Source of the DNA: Longimicrobiales bacterium
GTDB taxonomy: Bacteria; Gemmatimonadota; Gemmatimonadetes; Longimicrobiales; Gaopeijiaceae
Reading direction: 5' to 3'
Length of the DNA stretch: 64,000 nt
Assembly (NCBI GenBank): GCA_041690395.1
Contig: JAWLHJ010000004.1
Location: 337,365-401,364, forward strand
The notes under the pieces were generated by a model. It was not told where the DNA came from. It saw only the letters and a list, made by a program, of their open reading frames with translations, and did not search any database. A program made the translations under genes and the position numbers. Below are positions 32,014 through 45,461 of the stretch, one piece after another; the stretch's first letter is position 1, and each line of letters begins with the position of its first letter.

Positions 32014-33213
32014 GTGGCGGTCGGCCCTCTGCGGCGAGAGAAGACGACCTTGAGCCGGGAGGAGCCAGGGGCCCGCGTCGACGAGGCGGTGCGGCTCATG
32101 GACGGCTTCGCCACCCGAACGGGCTTGACGCCGGGCCGGCCGCCCCGACGGTACTTGTGGACCGACGCGTTCGCCGTCTGCAACGACCTCGGCCTGCACC
32201 GGGTCACAGGTGAGCGCCGCCACCTCGAGCGAGCCCTCGCCTTGGTCGACCAGGTGCACCGGGTGCTTGGGCGACATCGGGCGGACGACCGTCGGGAAGG
32301 CTGGATCAGTGGCCTCCCGGAAGGTGAGGGATCCCTTCGCCCGACCGCCGGCGGGCTGCGCATCGGCAAGGCGCTGCCCGAGCGTGCCCCTGATGAGCCT
32401 CCGGACCCACGGCGGGAGTGGGATCGTGACGGGCAGTACTACCACTATCTGACACGGTGGATGCACGCTCTGAACCGCGCCTGGCGGCCAACGGGGGACC
32501 CGGCGTACCACGGGTGGGCCGTCGACCTCGCCCTAGCCGCCCACCGGGGGTTCCGGACCACCAACGGGGCTACCCGACTGTGGTGGAAGATGAGCATCGA
32601 CCTGTCCCGACCGCTGGTTCGTTCCAGCGGGCACCACGATCCTCTCGACGGGCTGCTCACTACGTGCTCGCTCATGGACGGGGCACCGCAGACCCGGTCC
32701 GTCGAGCCGGCGGCCTTGCATGCCGTCGCCGAGGACCTTCGGGCGATCTGCCGCGACCGATCCTGGGCGACGAACGATGCGCTGGGCGCCGGAGGCCTGC
32801 TGGTGGACGCCCAGCGCTGCCACCGCTTCGGGGGCGATCTTCCCCTCTTGGATCCTCCGTTCCGGAAGGCCGTCCTCCATGACGCGGCCGTCAGCCTGGA
32901 AGCCGTCGTCGCGTCCGGGCTACTCGGGCTGCCCGCGCGGGCACGACTGGCGTTTCGCGAGCTCGGTCTGGCCATCGGAGTGCGGGCTGCGGAAAGGATC
33001 CTGCGTGATCCGGCCGTCGCAGACGAGGGGAGCGCTGAAGGATCCACCAGACGGGCCCTCGCTCGATTCCGGCTCCACATCCATGCCGCAGAACGAATCG
33101 AACGCTTCTGGCTCCGCCCGGAACATCGCGCCGAGCCCGGATGGCGCGACCATGAGGACATCTCGGACGTGATGCTCGCGACGTTGCTCGAGCCCTCCGG
33201 CTACCTCGACTGA
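32014..33213 (+). CDS. Conserved hypothetical protein (possible alpha/alpha-toroid fold)
   Basis: Protein-like motifs RYLWTDAFAVCN, DGQYYHYLTRWMHAL, WKMSIDLSRPLV and LAFRELGLAIG. Co-oriented 9 nt after the pcm fusion; start uncertain. Confidence 0.75.
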   Translation: MAVGPLRREKTTLSREEPGARVDEAVRLMDGFATRTGLTPGRPPRRYLWTDAFAVCNDLGLHRVTGERRHLERALALVDQVHRVLGRHRADDRREGWISGLPEGEGSLRPTAGGLRIGKALPERAPDEPPDPRREWDRDGQYYHYLTRWMHALNRAWRPTGDPAYHGWAVDLALAAHRGFRTTNGATRLWWKMSIDLSRPLVRSSGHHDPLDGLLTTCSLMDGAPQTRSVEPAALHAVAEDLRAICRDRSWATNDALGAGGLLVDAQRCHRFGGDLPLLDPPFRKAVLHDAAVSLEAVVASGLLGLPARARLAFRELGLAIGVRAAERILRDPAVADEGSAEGSTRRALARFRLHIHAAERIERFWLRPEHRAEPGWRDHEDISDVMLATLLEPSGYLD

Positions 33214-33309
33214 CCGCGACGGTATCGACCCCGGTCCCACCCGTGGCCACACCTAGTATCAGTCGCCGGCACCCGCTCGGGGACGGCGACGTAGGTGCCC
33301 CGTGACCGA

Positions 33310-34293
33310 TTACCGGCCGGGCGGACGGCGGTCTGAGGCGGTCGATATCCTGATGCTCGGGTCCACCGGGACGGCCGCCTCGTGAGACTCGTCCCGGGCG
33401 GCCTCTTCTTCTTCCTCCTCCGATGCCAGGAATCCCGTCACGAGATCCAGGAGCTCCTCGGTGATCTTCTGCTGGCGCTGCTGATTGAAGCGGCCACGGA
33501 GCTCGTCGATGCGCTCCTCGATCCGTCGCTCCGCGGCCTCCATGGACGCCAGGCGACTGGCGTTCTCGGCAGCCTGTGACCGGGCGGCGGCGGAGAAGAG
33601 AGAGATGAAGAGGTGCTCCCGCACGAGCTCGGAGAAGAGGCGCTCCCAGGAGACGCGGAACCGGGGCAGCACGGGGCTGGGCCAGGGACGCTTCTCCAGC
33701 CCGGACAGCCATGCTTCGTTGAGAGGGAGCAGGTGGACCATGTGCGGCCGGTACGTCGCCCCGGAGTGGTAGTGGTTGTAGAAGAGATAGAGTCGTTCCA
33801 CCCGGCGTCGGGCGCGCAACTCCTCGATGGCCAGGAGAAGCTCCTGGACGGTCTGGACGACGGCCTCGATGGAGTCGGGCGCCGCGAAGGTGTCCGAGAC
33901 CCGCGCCCCGGCCCCCTTCAGCGCCCCCTCGACCCTGGAACCTACGGCCAGCACGAAGCGGTCCTCGGGCTCGGGGTGGAGCTCGTCGAGGTGCTGCAGG
34001 GCGTACTCGGTGATCCGGATGTTGAAGCGGCCCGCGAGCCCCATGTCCGAGCCGAACACCACCGCTCCCGCCCGGGAGCCTACGTCCTCGTCGGTGAGAC
34101 GGACCCCCGAGGGTCGTTGGGTGAGGGCCACCTGGAGCGCCAGCTCCACCGTCCGACCGTACCGCTCCAGGGATTCCACGGCCTTGCGGCTGTGCCGGAT
34201 GCGCACGGCGGAGAGGGCCTTCATGGCGCGGCTGATGGAGTGGAGATCCCGAGCGCTGTGGAGCTGTCGGCCCACCTGATCGATGGTCAGCAC
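33310..34293 (-). CDS. atpG: N-ATPase gamma subunit
   Basis: ISRAMKALSAV, GSDMGLAGRFN, AENASRLASM, RQQKITEELLD. Confidence 0.93.
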   Translation of the reverse strand: MLTIDQVGRQLHSARDLHSISRAMKALSAVRIRHSRKAVESLERYGRTVELALQVALTQRPSGVRLTDEDVGSRAGAVVFGSDMGLAGRFNIRITEYALQHLDELHPEPEDRFVLAVGSRVEGALKGAGARVSDTFAAPDSIEAVVQTVQELLLAIEELRARRRVERLYLFYNHYHSGATYRPHMVHLLPLNEAWLSGLEKRPWPSPVLPRFRVSWERLFSELVREHLFISLFSAAARSQAAENASRLASMEAAERRIEERIDELRGRFNQQRQQKITEELLDLVTGFLASEEEEEEAARDESHEAAVPVDPSIRISTASDRRPPGR

Positions 34294-34297
34294 CCTG

Positions 34298-35851
34298 TCA
34301 CTCTCCGCTCTCCAGGGCCTCTGCGGCCTCGCGTGTCATGGCGGCGCGGTCGTCGTCGGAGAGCTTCTCCCCGTCGAGGATCCGGCGCCGGACCTCGGGA
34401 AGCCGTTGTTGGACCCGCTCCAGGACCCGTTCCTGGGCTCCCTCCATGTCGTCGAGGGGCACCTCGTCGAACAGTCCCTCCGTGGCCGCGAGCAGCACGG
34501 AGATCTGCTGGGCCACGTCCATGGCGGCGTTCTCCTTCTGCTTGAGGACCTCCCGCACCCGTCGTCCCCGTTCCAGGCTCTGGCGGGTATCCTCGTCCAG
34601 CTGGGCGGCGAACCGCGAGAACACCTCCAACTCCTCGAACTGCGCGTAGGCGAGCTTCAGGTCCCGGACCACCGCCCGGTAGGCGGCGAGCTGCGCGTTC
34701 CCGCCCACCCTCGAGACGGAGCGCCCCACATCCACGGCGGGCAGCACCCCCTTCTGGAAGAGGCCGGGAGAAACGTAGATCTGTCCGTCGGTGATGGAGA
34801 CCAGGTTGGTGGGGATATAGGCGGAGAGGTTCCCTGCCTGGGTCTCCACCACGGGGAGGGCGGTGAGGGAGCCGCCGCCATATTCGTCCCTGAAGCGGGT
34901 CGAGCGCTCGAGGAGGCGAGCGTGCACGTAGAAGATGTCCCCCGGATAACCCTCCCGGCCCGGCGGACGCCGGAGCAGGAGGGAGAGCTCGCGATACGCC
35001 CGGGCGTGCTTGGTGAGGTCGTCGTAGACCACGAGCACGTCCCGGCCCTCTTCCATGAAGTGCTCGGCCATGGCCGTGGCGGCGTACGGGGCCATGAACT
35101 GAAGCCCCGGCGGATCCTCTCCGGACGCCACCACCACCACCGTGTGGGCGAGGGCGTCATGCGCCTTCAACTCGTCCACGACGCGTGCCACCGCGGCCCC
35201 TCGCTGACCGATGGCGCAATACACGCACACGACATCGGTGTCCCGTTGGTTGATGATGGTGTCCGTGGCGATGGCCGTCTTGCCCGTCTGACGGTCCCCG
35301 AGGATGAGCTCCCGCTGACCACGTCCGATAGGGACGAGGGCGTCCACGACCTTGATCCCCGTCTGGAGGGGGACGCGCACCGGCCCGCGCTTCATGATGG
35401 CGGGTGCGGGAGACTCCGCGTCACGCCAACGCGACGCCTGGGGCTCCGGACCTCCGTCCAGCGGGCGGCCCAGCGGGTTCACCACCCGGCCCAGGAGATC
35501 GTCCCCGGTGGGGACGCGAAGGGGCCGGCCCGTGCCCCGCGCTTCGGCACCGGCTTCGACCTTCTCTTCGTCCCCCAGCAGGATGAGGCCCACCTCGTGG
35601 GGATCGAGGTTGAAGGCGATCCCCAGGACGCCGCCCTGGATACGAACGACCTCGTCGGTGGTGATGCTCGAGAGGCCGTCCACCCGTGCGGTGCCCTTGC
35701 CCACGGAACGCACGACGCCGACCTCGTGCACATCGAGCTCCGGGGCGTGGTCTTCTCTGGCCCGTGCCAGCTCCCGGGCCACGTTCTCGACCTCGGCCCG
35801 CAGGTCCGGGGGACCGGACGCCAGCGGGCGATCCTCCGTCGCTTCCGTCAT
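34298..35851 (-). CDS. atpA: N-ATPase alpha subunit
   Basis: [43 protein letters not shown]. Confidence 0.96.
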   Translation of the reverse strand: MTEATEDRPLASGPPDLRAEVENVARELARAREDHAPELDVHEVGVVRSVGKGTARVDGLSSITTDEVVRIQGGVLGIAFNLDPHEVGLILLGDEEKVEAGAEARGTGRPLRVPTGDDLLGRVVNPLGRPLDGGPEPQASRWRDAESPAPAIMKRGPVRVPLQTGIKVVDALVPIGRGQRELILGDRQTGKTAIATDTIINQRDTDVVCVYCAIGQRGAAVARVVDELKAHDALAHTVVVVASGEDPPGLQFMAPYAATAMAEHFMEEGRDVLVVYDDLTKHARAYRELSLLLRRPPGREGYPGDIFYVHARLLERSTRFRDEYGGGSLTALPVVETQAGNLSAYIPTNLVSITDGQIYVSPGLFQKGVLPAVDVGRSVSRVGGNAQLAAYRAVVRDLKLAYAQFEELEVFSRFAAQLDEDTRQSLERGRRVREVLKQKENAAMDVAQQISVLLAATEGLFDEVPLDDMEGAQERVLERVQQRLPEVRRRILDGEKLSDDDRAAMTREAAEALESGE

Positions 35852-36612
35852 CGCCCCTCGGCTTCCAGGAGGCGGCTCGTCCGGGCTTCCAGGCCGTCGA
35901 GGTAGCTGCCCACGCTCCATCCCACCTTGCGGTCTCCCGCACGCATCTCGATGCCCAGGGCGAGATCGGGATCTTCTTCGAAGTGGAGGTCCACGTCCGA
36001 TTCCGCCCACGCCCGCACCGTATCCTCGATCTCACCGCGGTGCTCGGACGGGACGGCAAACGCGGTGCGGATACCCAACCGCCCGGAGGCCTCGGCGAGG
36101 GCGGTGAGGAACTCGTCTCGGGCCTCTTCCTTCATGCCCTCCATCCGTTGCAGGAAGACCCGGATGACCCGGCCTTCCAGCTCCACGTCGGCCAGGTCCC
36201 GGAGCGCCTGGGCGGCCACGTGCACCGTCTCTTCTCCCATGCGCCGTCTCAGCTCCTGGAGGAAGCTTTCCTGCTGCCGTCGCAGGGACTCCTTCCAGTC
36301 CTGCTTCACCCGGTCCGCGTGGGCGCGCACCTCCTCGGTGAGCTCCTGGCGGCGCTCGTCGGCCTCCCGCTCCGCCTCTTCCAGCAAGCGGTCCCGACTG
36401 GACTCCAGCTCGGCTCGCTCTTCGCGCAGGGCGCGTGCATCGGCCTCGGCCTTCTCCTCCTTCCGTCGGGCGTCGTCGAGCTGATCCCGGATCCCCTCCT
36501 CCCGTCGAGCGATGGCGTCGAGGACGGGACGGTAGAGGAAGCGCTTCAGGAGAAAGAGGAGGATGACGAAGTTCAGGATCTGCGCGACGAACGTGAACCA
36601 GTCGATCCCCAT
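35848..36612 (-). CDS. atpF: N-ATPase b subunit with delta-like C-terminal extension
   Basis: [22 protein letters not shown], coiled coil, and C-terminal [20 protein letters not shown]. Confidence 0.92.
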   Translation of the reverse strand: MGIDWFTFVAQILNFVILLFLLKRFLYRPVLDAIARREEGIRDQLDDARRKEEKAEADARALREERAELESSRDRLLEEAEREADERRQELTEEVRAHADRVKQDWKESLRRQQESFLQELRRRMGEETVHVAAQALRDLADVELEGRVIRVFLQRMEGMKEEARDEFLTALAEASGRLGIRTAFAVPSEHRGEIEDTVRAWAESDVDLHFEEDPDLALGIEMRAGDRKVGWSVGSYLDGLEARTSRLLEAEGR

Positions 36613-36615
36613 GGA

Positions 36616-36891
36616 TCAGCCTCCCGCCTGGATCACTTGCGTCCAGAACGGGTTGGCGAAGATCAGGATGAGCGAGACCACCAGGCAGTAGATGGCCGTG
36701 GACTCCACCATGGCCATGCCGACGAACAGGGTGCGGGTGATGGTGTTCGCCATGTCCGGCTGCTGGGCAATGGAATCGAGGGCCTGAGCCAGGGCGCGGG
36801 CTTCACCCAGCGCAGGCCCGATACTCCCGATGGCGATGGTCAGGCCCGCGATGGCGATGGAGACGGCGGCGATGAGCTCCATGCTTTCCAT
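36616..36891 (-). CDS. atpE: N-ATPase c subunit
   Basis: GPALGE...IAQQP...ESTAIY. Confidence 0.95.
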   Translation of the reverse strand: MESMELIAAVSIAIAGLTIAIGSIGPALGEARALAQALDSIAQQPDMANTITRTLFVGMAMVESTAIYCLVVSLILIFANPFWTQVIQAGG

Positions 36892-36930
36892 GTGTTCTCC
36901 TTGGTCTGGACGGTGGATCCGGGGTGGGGC

Positions 36931-37611
36931 TCAATCTTCCTCCGGCCGCACCGTGCGTGCACCCGAGGCGATGTAGACGAGGGCGAGGATGGCGAAGACA
37001 TACGCCTGGATCATCCCGATGAGCAGCCCGAAGGCTTCGAGGACAGCCGGAAAGATGAACGGCGCTACCGTGAGGAGGATGGCCACGATGACCTTCCCGC
37101 TCATGAGGTTGCCGAAGAGTCGGACGGCCAGGGCGAGGGTGCGGGACAGCTCCCCGATGATGTGGAAGGGGGCCATGAAGAAGCTGGGCTGCACGTACCG
37201 CCTGAGGTACCTACCCACACCTTCGTGGGCGATGCCGAAGAGGGGTACCGCAACGAACACGCATGTGGCCAGCGCTGCGGCAGTGGACAGGGAGGCGGCC
37301 ACGACCTGGACTCCGGGAATGGCGCCCAGGAGCGTCGAGACCGCGATGAAGAGGAAGAGGGTGCCGACAAAGGGCAGGTACCGGTCCGGGTCCTCGGGCA
37401 CGGCTTCGTCGATCTGCTTGCGGATCTGCAACACCACGATCTCCAGGATGGCCTGGCCCCGGCCGATCTCCGCCCCCGTGCCGAGAGCCCGGGTGATGAG
37501 CCAGGATCCGGCCACCATGACCAGCATGGTGAGCCATGTGAAGACGAGAGTCGCGTTGACGGTCACGAACCGCCACTGCCAGTAGACCAGCCCATCGGGC
37601 GTCAGCTCCAT
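36931..37611 (-). CDS. atpB: N-ATPase a subunit
   Basis: PFVGTLFLFI, GELSRTLALAVRLFGN, IQAYVFAILALVYI. Confidence 0.94.
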   Translation of the reverse strand: MELTPDGLVYWQWRFVTVNATLVFTWLTMLVMVAGSWLITRALGTGAEIGRGQAILEIVVLQIRKQIDEAVPEDPDRYLPFVGTLFLFIAVSTLLGAIPGVQVVAASLSTAAALATCVFVAVPLFGIAHEGVGRYLRRYVQPSFFMAPFHIIGELSRTLALAVRLFGNLMSGKVIVAILLTVAPFIFPAVLEAFGLLIGMIQAYVFAILALVYIASGARTVRPEED

Positions 37612-37883
37612 GGCGCCTCCATGCCGGCGCGAATCTGCCGCATCACGACGTAGCGCATGGTCACGAAGCCCAGCAGCGCCGCGAGAAGCGCCGGAAGCTC
37701 GCCGAGGCGGAGGATGCCGTAGAACCCGGCGGCGGCCAGCGCCAGGCGGGCGACGTAGCTCACCAACAGGAGGCTCCCCGGGGATCTCGCGTCGGGTATG
37801 CGTCGCACCGTGGCCCACAGGGCGCCGAAATACACCAACCCCACGGCGAGTCCACCGGCCACTCCGAAGATCACGGGCATCAC
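37602..37883 (-). CDS. atpR: N-ATPase-specific membrane subunit AtpR
   Basis: Three-TM protein with GLVYFGALWATVRR, in the canonical position between atpQ and atpB. Confidence 0.85.
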   Translation of the reverse strand: MMPVIFGVAGGLAVGLVYFGALWATVRRIPDARSPGSLLLVSYVARLALAAAGFYGILRLGELPALLAALLGFVTMRYVVMRQIRAGMEAPWS

Positions 37884-38204
37884 CGGCCGTCCTCCAACTC
37901 CCGGGAGATCCAGAACCACGCGTTGAGGCATCCCACGAAGACCCCCACCACCAGGCCGGTGAGGGTCCACGAGATGTCTCCCCCGACGTCCGTGCGGGCG
38001 TCGAGCCAGATCCCCACCGCGATCCCCAGCACCGTCGGGATGGCCACCGACCAGCCCACGACCCCCATCATGCCCAGGCCGAACCAGATTCCCCGGTCGC
38101 CCTCCGTACGCGCCCGGAGCTTCCGCGACGCCTTCCGGGCCAACTCGTCTTCGTAGGCCTGCCGGCGGGCCTGATCGTCACCGGGGCCGTGCCCTTCGTC
38201 GCGC

Positions 38205-38212
<8 letters not shown>
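37880..38212 (-). CDS. atpQ: N-ATPase AtpQ (AtpZ/AtpI-like)
   Basis: WFGLGMMGVVGWSVAIPT...GIWLD...GCLNAWFWI. Confidence 0.85.
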
Positions 38213-41117
<2,905 letters not shown>

Positions 41118-41237
41118 CGCTCGTGCTCACCCTGCTTCCACTGGTTGTCCGCCCGGACGGCGGGACGTCAAGGCCATCGCTGGACCGTGGCGACCCAAGG
41201 GCCGCCGGCATGCCGCCAGGGTGCCGGCGGTCGCGTT

Positions 41238-41744
41238 TCACCGCACTTCAGCCCCCCGATGCGGACGTGACGGCGATTCCCCCTCCCGGACGTACATGAT
41301 GTAGTCCGTGTTGACCGGCTCGCCGCGGCCGCGCCGAACGGCCGCGGCGATCTGGCCCCGGTGGTAGCTGCCGTGCATCGCGACGTGGAGCAGGATGTCG
41401 CCGAGCTCCGTCTGGAACGCGACGCCCTGGCTATTCCGGTACTCGACGACGCGGCTCAGCTCGTCTTCGGCAACGCCTTCGAGGAGTCGCTCGTAGCCCG
41501 CGCGGGTCTCACGCACGACTGCGACCGCGTCGTCGAGCGACCAATCCGGCCAGATGGGTACGCTCGAGGCGTCGCCGCCCATGGCCCGGAGCAGCCACAC
41601 GCGCTCGGCGGCTGCGAGGTGCGCGAACAATCGGGCGATCTCCCGCCCGGCGTCCGCGTCGACGTCGAGGTCCTCCAGAAGGACGACCAGCCGGTCATTC
41701 GCCCAGGCCATGTGGCGGAACAGACGTTGGATGTGCTCGGTCAT
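41238..41744 (-). CDS. DinB/YfiT-fold protein
   Basis: HMAWAN, FAHLAAAERVWL, LLHVAMHGSYHRGQI. Confidence 0.88.
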   Translation of the reverse strand: MTEHIQRLFRHMAWANDRLVVLLEDLDVDADAGREIARLFAHLAAAERVWLLRAMGGDASSVPIWPDWSLDDAVAVVRETRAGYERLLEGVAEDELSRVVEYRNSQGVAFQTELGDILLHVAMHGSYHRGQIAAAVRRGRGEPVNTDYIMYVREGESPSRPHRGAEVR

Positions 41745-42298
41745 CGCGAGGCTTCCTCCTGGTGAGTGGTCGTGGGGTCGGCGGGCCCGGCGGGCGAGTC
41801 GGCGACGGAGTTCTCCCGGACCTGCTCCGAGGTCAACCCGAACATCGGCGGGGCGGACGCTCCGATCAGGCCGAGCATGAGGTAGAGCTGGCCACGGTGG
41901 TGTACCTCGTGCTCCACCATCGCGCGGAGCCATTTCCAGGTGGTGAGGGTCACCCCGGCCGGGGTGCCGCACTTCCGCCGGAGCGCGTCGGCGTCGAGCC
42001 CCCGGAAGATCTCCATGGCCTCGGCATGACGCGCCTCGAAGTACGCCCTCACGGCGTCCGGCCCGTCCGCAAGCTCGGGCCCGTGCCCGGGATAGGAAGA
42101 CGGGCGGCCGGCCACGTTCTCGGCGAACATGTAGCGCTCGATCGCGGCCACGTGGCGGACGAGATCGGCGAAGCTGAAGCGGCCGGGCGCCGGCCGCCAA
42201 TCCATGTGCTCGTCGGGTATGCGGGTCACCACGCGGCGCGTCCGGTCCCGAATGCCCTCGTAGTACTCGAGGAACACGTCGACGGAAGGAATCTCCAC
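41741..42298 (-). CDS. DinB/YfiT-fold protein
   Basis: FSFADLVRHVAAIE, MVEHEVHHRGQLY. GTG start inferred. Confidence 0.88.
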   Translation of the reverse strand: MEIPSVDVFLEYYEGIRDRTRRVVTRIPDEHMDWRPAPGRFSFADLVRHVAAIERYMFAENVAGRPSSYPGHGPELADGPDAVRAYFEARHAEAMEIFRGLDADALRRKCGTPAGVTLTTWKWLRAMVEHEVHHRGQLYLMLGLIGASAPPMFGLTSEQVRENSVADSPAGPADPTTTHQEEASR

Positions 42299-42299
42299 G

Positions 42300-43202
42300 T
42301 CAATCTCCGGTTCTGGCTTCGAGAGCGTGGACGACGGCCGCCATGTCGGCCCCGCCGAGTCCGAGGACGGCGGTCTCACGGTACAGCGCGTGGCACGCAT
42401 CGAGAAGCGGCGTTTCGATGCCGGCGGCGCGGGCGGCCGCGGCGATCAGGTCGTTGTTCTTCAGGACGTCCGCGATGGCCGCCTGGGCATCGAAATCCCG
42501 CGCGACGAGCTTCTCCGCCTTCACCCGCGATACCTCGCTCGCCATCGGGCTCGCGTTCACCAGGGCCAGGAAGACGTCGAGATCGAGCCCCTGACGCTCG
42601 GCGAAGTGCATGGACTCCGCCAGCCCGGTGACCATCGTGATCAGGAAGACGTTGACGGCGAGCTTCATGGTCAGCGCGCTGGGCACCGGGCCGCATTCGA
42701 TCACCGCCTTCCCGACGGGCGCGAGAAGAGGGCGCAGTTCCCCGACGTCCCGGGGATCCCCGGCAGCCATCACCACCAGACGACCCTTCTCCGCCGGGTC
42801 TCTCGATCCGGAGACAGGGGCCTCCACGTAGGAGCCGCCCGCCGCGTCGATCTCGTCGCCCAGCCGTCGCGAATACTCGGGCGAGGTCGTGCCCATGTGC
42901 ACGATCAGGTGCCCGCCCACCCGCCGGTCGAAGTCGGCGCGCCCACGGCCCAGGACGGCGTCGATGGCCGCACCGTCCGCCAGCATCAGGAGCACGACGC
43001 GCGCTCGGGCGAAGATCTCGTCGACGTTCTCCACGATGCTCGCGCCGTCCTCCACGAGCGGTGCGCATCGCTCGGGCGACCGGTTCCACACCACCAGCGG
43101 CGTTCCCGCGCGGGCCAGGTTGCGGGCCATCGGAAAGCCCATGAGCCCCGTGCCGATGAAGCCTGTCTCCCTCGCCGAACGGCTCACCGTCCCCTTGCTC
43201 AT
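42300..43202 (-). CDS. NAD(P)-dependent beta-hydroxyacid dehydrogenase (3-hydroxyisobutyrate dehydrogenase family)
   Basis: [26 protein letters not shown]. Alternative GTG start at 43232. Confidence 0.9.
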   Translation of the reverse strand: MSKGTVSRSARETGFIGTGLMGFPMARNLARAGTPLVVWNRSPERCAPLVEDGASIVENVDEIFARARVVLLMLADGAAIDAVLGRGRADFDRRVGGHLIVHMGTTSPEYSRRLGDEIDAAGGSYVEAPVSGSRDPAEKGRLVVMAAGDPRDVGELRPLLAPVGKAVIECGPVPSALTMKLAVNVFLITMVTGLAESMHFAERQGLDLDVFLALVNASPMASEVSRVKAEKLVARDFDAQAAIADVLKNNDLIAAAARAAGIETPLLDACHALYRETAVLGLGGADMAAVVHALEARTGD

Positions 43203-43232
43203 GCTCCCGTCGCTCACGTTCCCCTCGCTCAC
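43173..43232 (-). repeat. Four degenerate 15-bp tandem units, each starting RTGAGC
   Basis: GTGAGCGAGGGGAAC / GTGAGCGACGGGAGC / ATGAGCAAGGGGACG / GTGAGCCGTTCGGCG. Confidence 0.6.
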
Positions 43233-44428
43233 GTGCGGGGCGCGCCAGTGCCGGCACGCTCGGCGGTCCGGCCGACCTCGCCCTGCAACGCAGCCAGCCC
43301 CGCCGAAGCCGCGAGCACGAGCGCGGACAGCGCGAAGCCGCTCGACAGGCTGCCGGTGACGTCCGCCACCGCTCCGGACACCACCGGCCCCAGCGTCTGT
43401 CCCACGGAGAAGGCCACCGTGAAGAGTGCGATACCGGCCGACCACGCCCGCTCGTCCAGCGCGCGACGAAGGATGTCCGTAATGACCGACACGACACTCA
43501 GGAAGCTCCCGCCGAACAGGACCGCGGACATCGCCACGCCCGCCGGACCGGTGGAGACCAGCGGAACGGCAGCGCCCAGCGTCAGGGCCGACAGGCGGAT
43601 CGCCAGGGCGCGCCCGGGCGCCACGCCCACGAAGAGGCGAGGCCAGACGAACCCCGAGGCCAAGGTGCTCGCACCGAGCAGGATCCAGAACGCGCTCATG
43701 CCCCACGCGCCCCAGGCCCGCTCCCCCAGGAAAGCGATCACGAACGTCATGTAGGTGATGTAGCCGAGCCCGAAGAGGAAGTACGACGCCAACGACGGGG
43801 TGAGCGTGACGCGCATGAACGGCTCGCGTACGCCACCCTCCTTCGGCGCGGGGACGCCCGCCAGGCCCAGGGATACTCGCCTGGCCATCGGATAGACGAG
43901 GACGCCGACGACACCCATCCCGACCCAGGTCTGAGCCCAGTACCCCGGTGTGTTCTCGAGCAGCACCGGTAGCCCCAACCCCATGGCGAGAATGCCCACG
44001 CCGACGCCCCCGAAGTACGTGCCCAGCAGGAGTCCGCTGGAGGACTCACCGACCGTCCCTACGAGTCGGGCCGCGAGCGTCGCCCCGGCGATGAGCGCCA
44101 CGGCGCCCGCGACGCCCGCCGCGGTCCGCAGCGCGAGCAGGAGCCAGAAGTGCGTGGTGAGGCCGGAAAACACCATGCTCCCGGCGGCCACGAGGATGGA
44201 AGCACGAAACGAGGCCGCCACGCCGAAGCTCCGGACGACCGGCGCGGTGACGAGCGCACCAGCCAGATATCCGAAGGAATTCGCGGTGTTCATGGAGCCG
44301 GCCTCGGTATAGCTCCACCCGAGATCCACCTGCATCGCGGGCAGCAGCACCGCGTAGCCGAAGCGTGCCAGACCGATCCCGACGGCCGGGCCGATGGAGA
44401 GAGCGAGGGCACGAGCGACCGGATGCAC
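43229..44428 (-). CDS. MFS transporter (YbfB/YjiJ-like)
   Basis: [46 protein letters not shown] and about 12 TM helices. Confidence 0.88.
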   Translation of the reverse strand: MHPVARALALSIGPAVGIGLARFGYAVLLPAMQVDLGWSYTEAGSMNTANSFGYLAGALVTAPVVRSFGVAASFRASILVAAGSMVFSGLTTHFWLLLALRTAAGVAGAVALIAGATLAARLVGTVGESSSGLLLGTYFGGVGVGILAMGLGLPVLLENTPGYWAQTWVGMGVVGVLVYPMARRVSLGLAGVPAPKEGGVREPFMRVTLTPSLASYFLFGLGYITYMTFVIAFLGERAWGAWGMSAFWILLGASTLASGFVWPRLFVGVAPGRALAIRLSALTLGAAVPLVSTGPAGVAMSAVLFGGSFLSVVSVITDILRRALDERAWSAGIALFTVAFSVGQTLGPVVSGAVADVTGSLSSGFALSALVLAASAGLAALQGEVGRTAERAGTGAPRT

Positions 44429-44430
44429 GG

Positions 44431-45378
44431 CTACGGCGCCGTGCGGACCGGTGCGCGCACACCCGCCCGCCCCCACCGCCGAGGCATGGTGATCAACGCC
44501 ACACCAGCGATCGTGACGGCCATGGCCCCGAGCATCCAGCCGTCGAGGGGCTCCCCGGCGAACAGCCATCCCAGGAAGACGGCGATGGCCGGGTTCACGT
44601 AGGCATACGTCGACACGACGGCCGGCGTCGTAGCCCGCAGCAGCCAGACGTAGGCGCCGTACCCCACCCAGGCGCCGAAGACGATCAGATACACGAGGGC
44701 GAGGAACGACTGACGGGTGACCGAGGCCAGGTCGACGCGGCCGGGCTCCCCGGTGGCCGCGCCGACGGCGAGGAGCAGCGCTCCCCCTGCGATCATCTGC
44801 ATGGCGGTGAGCTGGAGCGCCGAGGCCGGCGTGTCGAGGGAGCGGGAAAGGATGGACCCGAACGCCCAGGAGAGCGCGGCACCGACGAGCACGGCCGCGC
44901 CCAACAGGTCGACGCGCGCCGCGCTGACCTCCGACTGCCCAGCTGCCACCAGGAGCCCCATACCCAGGAGACCCAGGGCGAGTCCGAGGGTGACGCGGAG
45001 GGTAGGCCGGGGTCCCCCGGGCCGCAGCCAGTCGAAGACGACCATCCACACGGGAACCGTCGCCACGATCAGCGCCGCGATCCCCGACGGCACCCGTTGC
45101 TCCGCCCACGTGACGCCGCCGTTTCCGCCGCCCAGGAGCAACGCGCCGACGATGGCCGACGAGATCCAATGCGCGCGCGTGGGCGCCGGAGCTCCGCGCC
45201 CACGGACGAACGCGTACAACAACCACCCGGCCACGGTGAAGCGCACCCCGGCCATGGTGAACGGCGGGATGGTCGCGATGGCGAAGTGGATGGCCAGGTA
45301 GGTCGAGCCCCACACCACGTAGACAGCCCCCAGCGCCAGGGCGATGGAGAGGACCGGGGGCTTGGCGTCGTCGTGCAT
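44431..45378 (-). CDS. EamA/DMT family transporter (YedA-like)
   Basis: VYVVWGSTYLAI, STYAYVNPAIAVFLG, about 10 TM helices. Confidence 0.92.
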   Translation of the reverse strand: MHDDAKPPVLSIALALGAVYVVWGSTYLAIHFAIATIPPFTMAGVRFTVAGWLLYAFVRGRGAPAPTRAHWISSAIVGALLLGGGNGGVTWAEQRVPSGIAALIVATVPVWMVVFDWLRPGGPRPTLRVTLGLALGLLGMGLLVAAGQSEVSAARVDLLGAAVLVGAALSWAFGSILSRSLDTPASALQLTAMQMIAGGALLLAVGAATGEPGRVDLASVTRQSFLALVYLIVFGAWVGYGAYVWLLRATTPAVVSTYAYVNPAIAVFLGWLFAGEPLDGWMLGAMAVTIAGVALITMPRRWGRAGVRAPVRTAP

Positions 45379-45461
45379 GGGGCGGCATCCGGGGAGGGCG
45401 CTTGTCGCGGTTCGGTCTCTGAAGCTATGCTCTCATTGCGACCACAACAGATACACATCGC

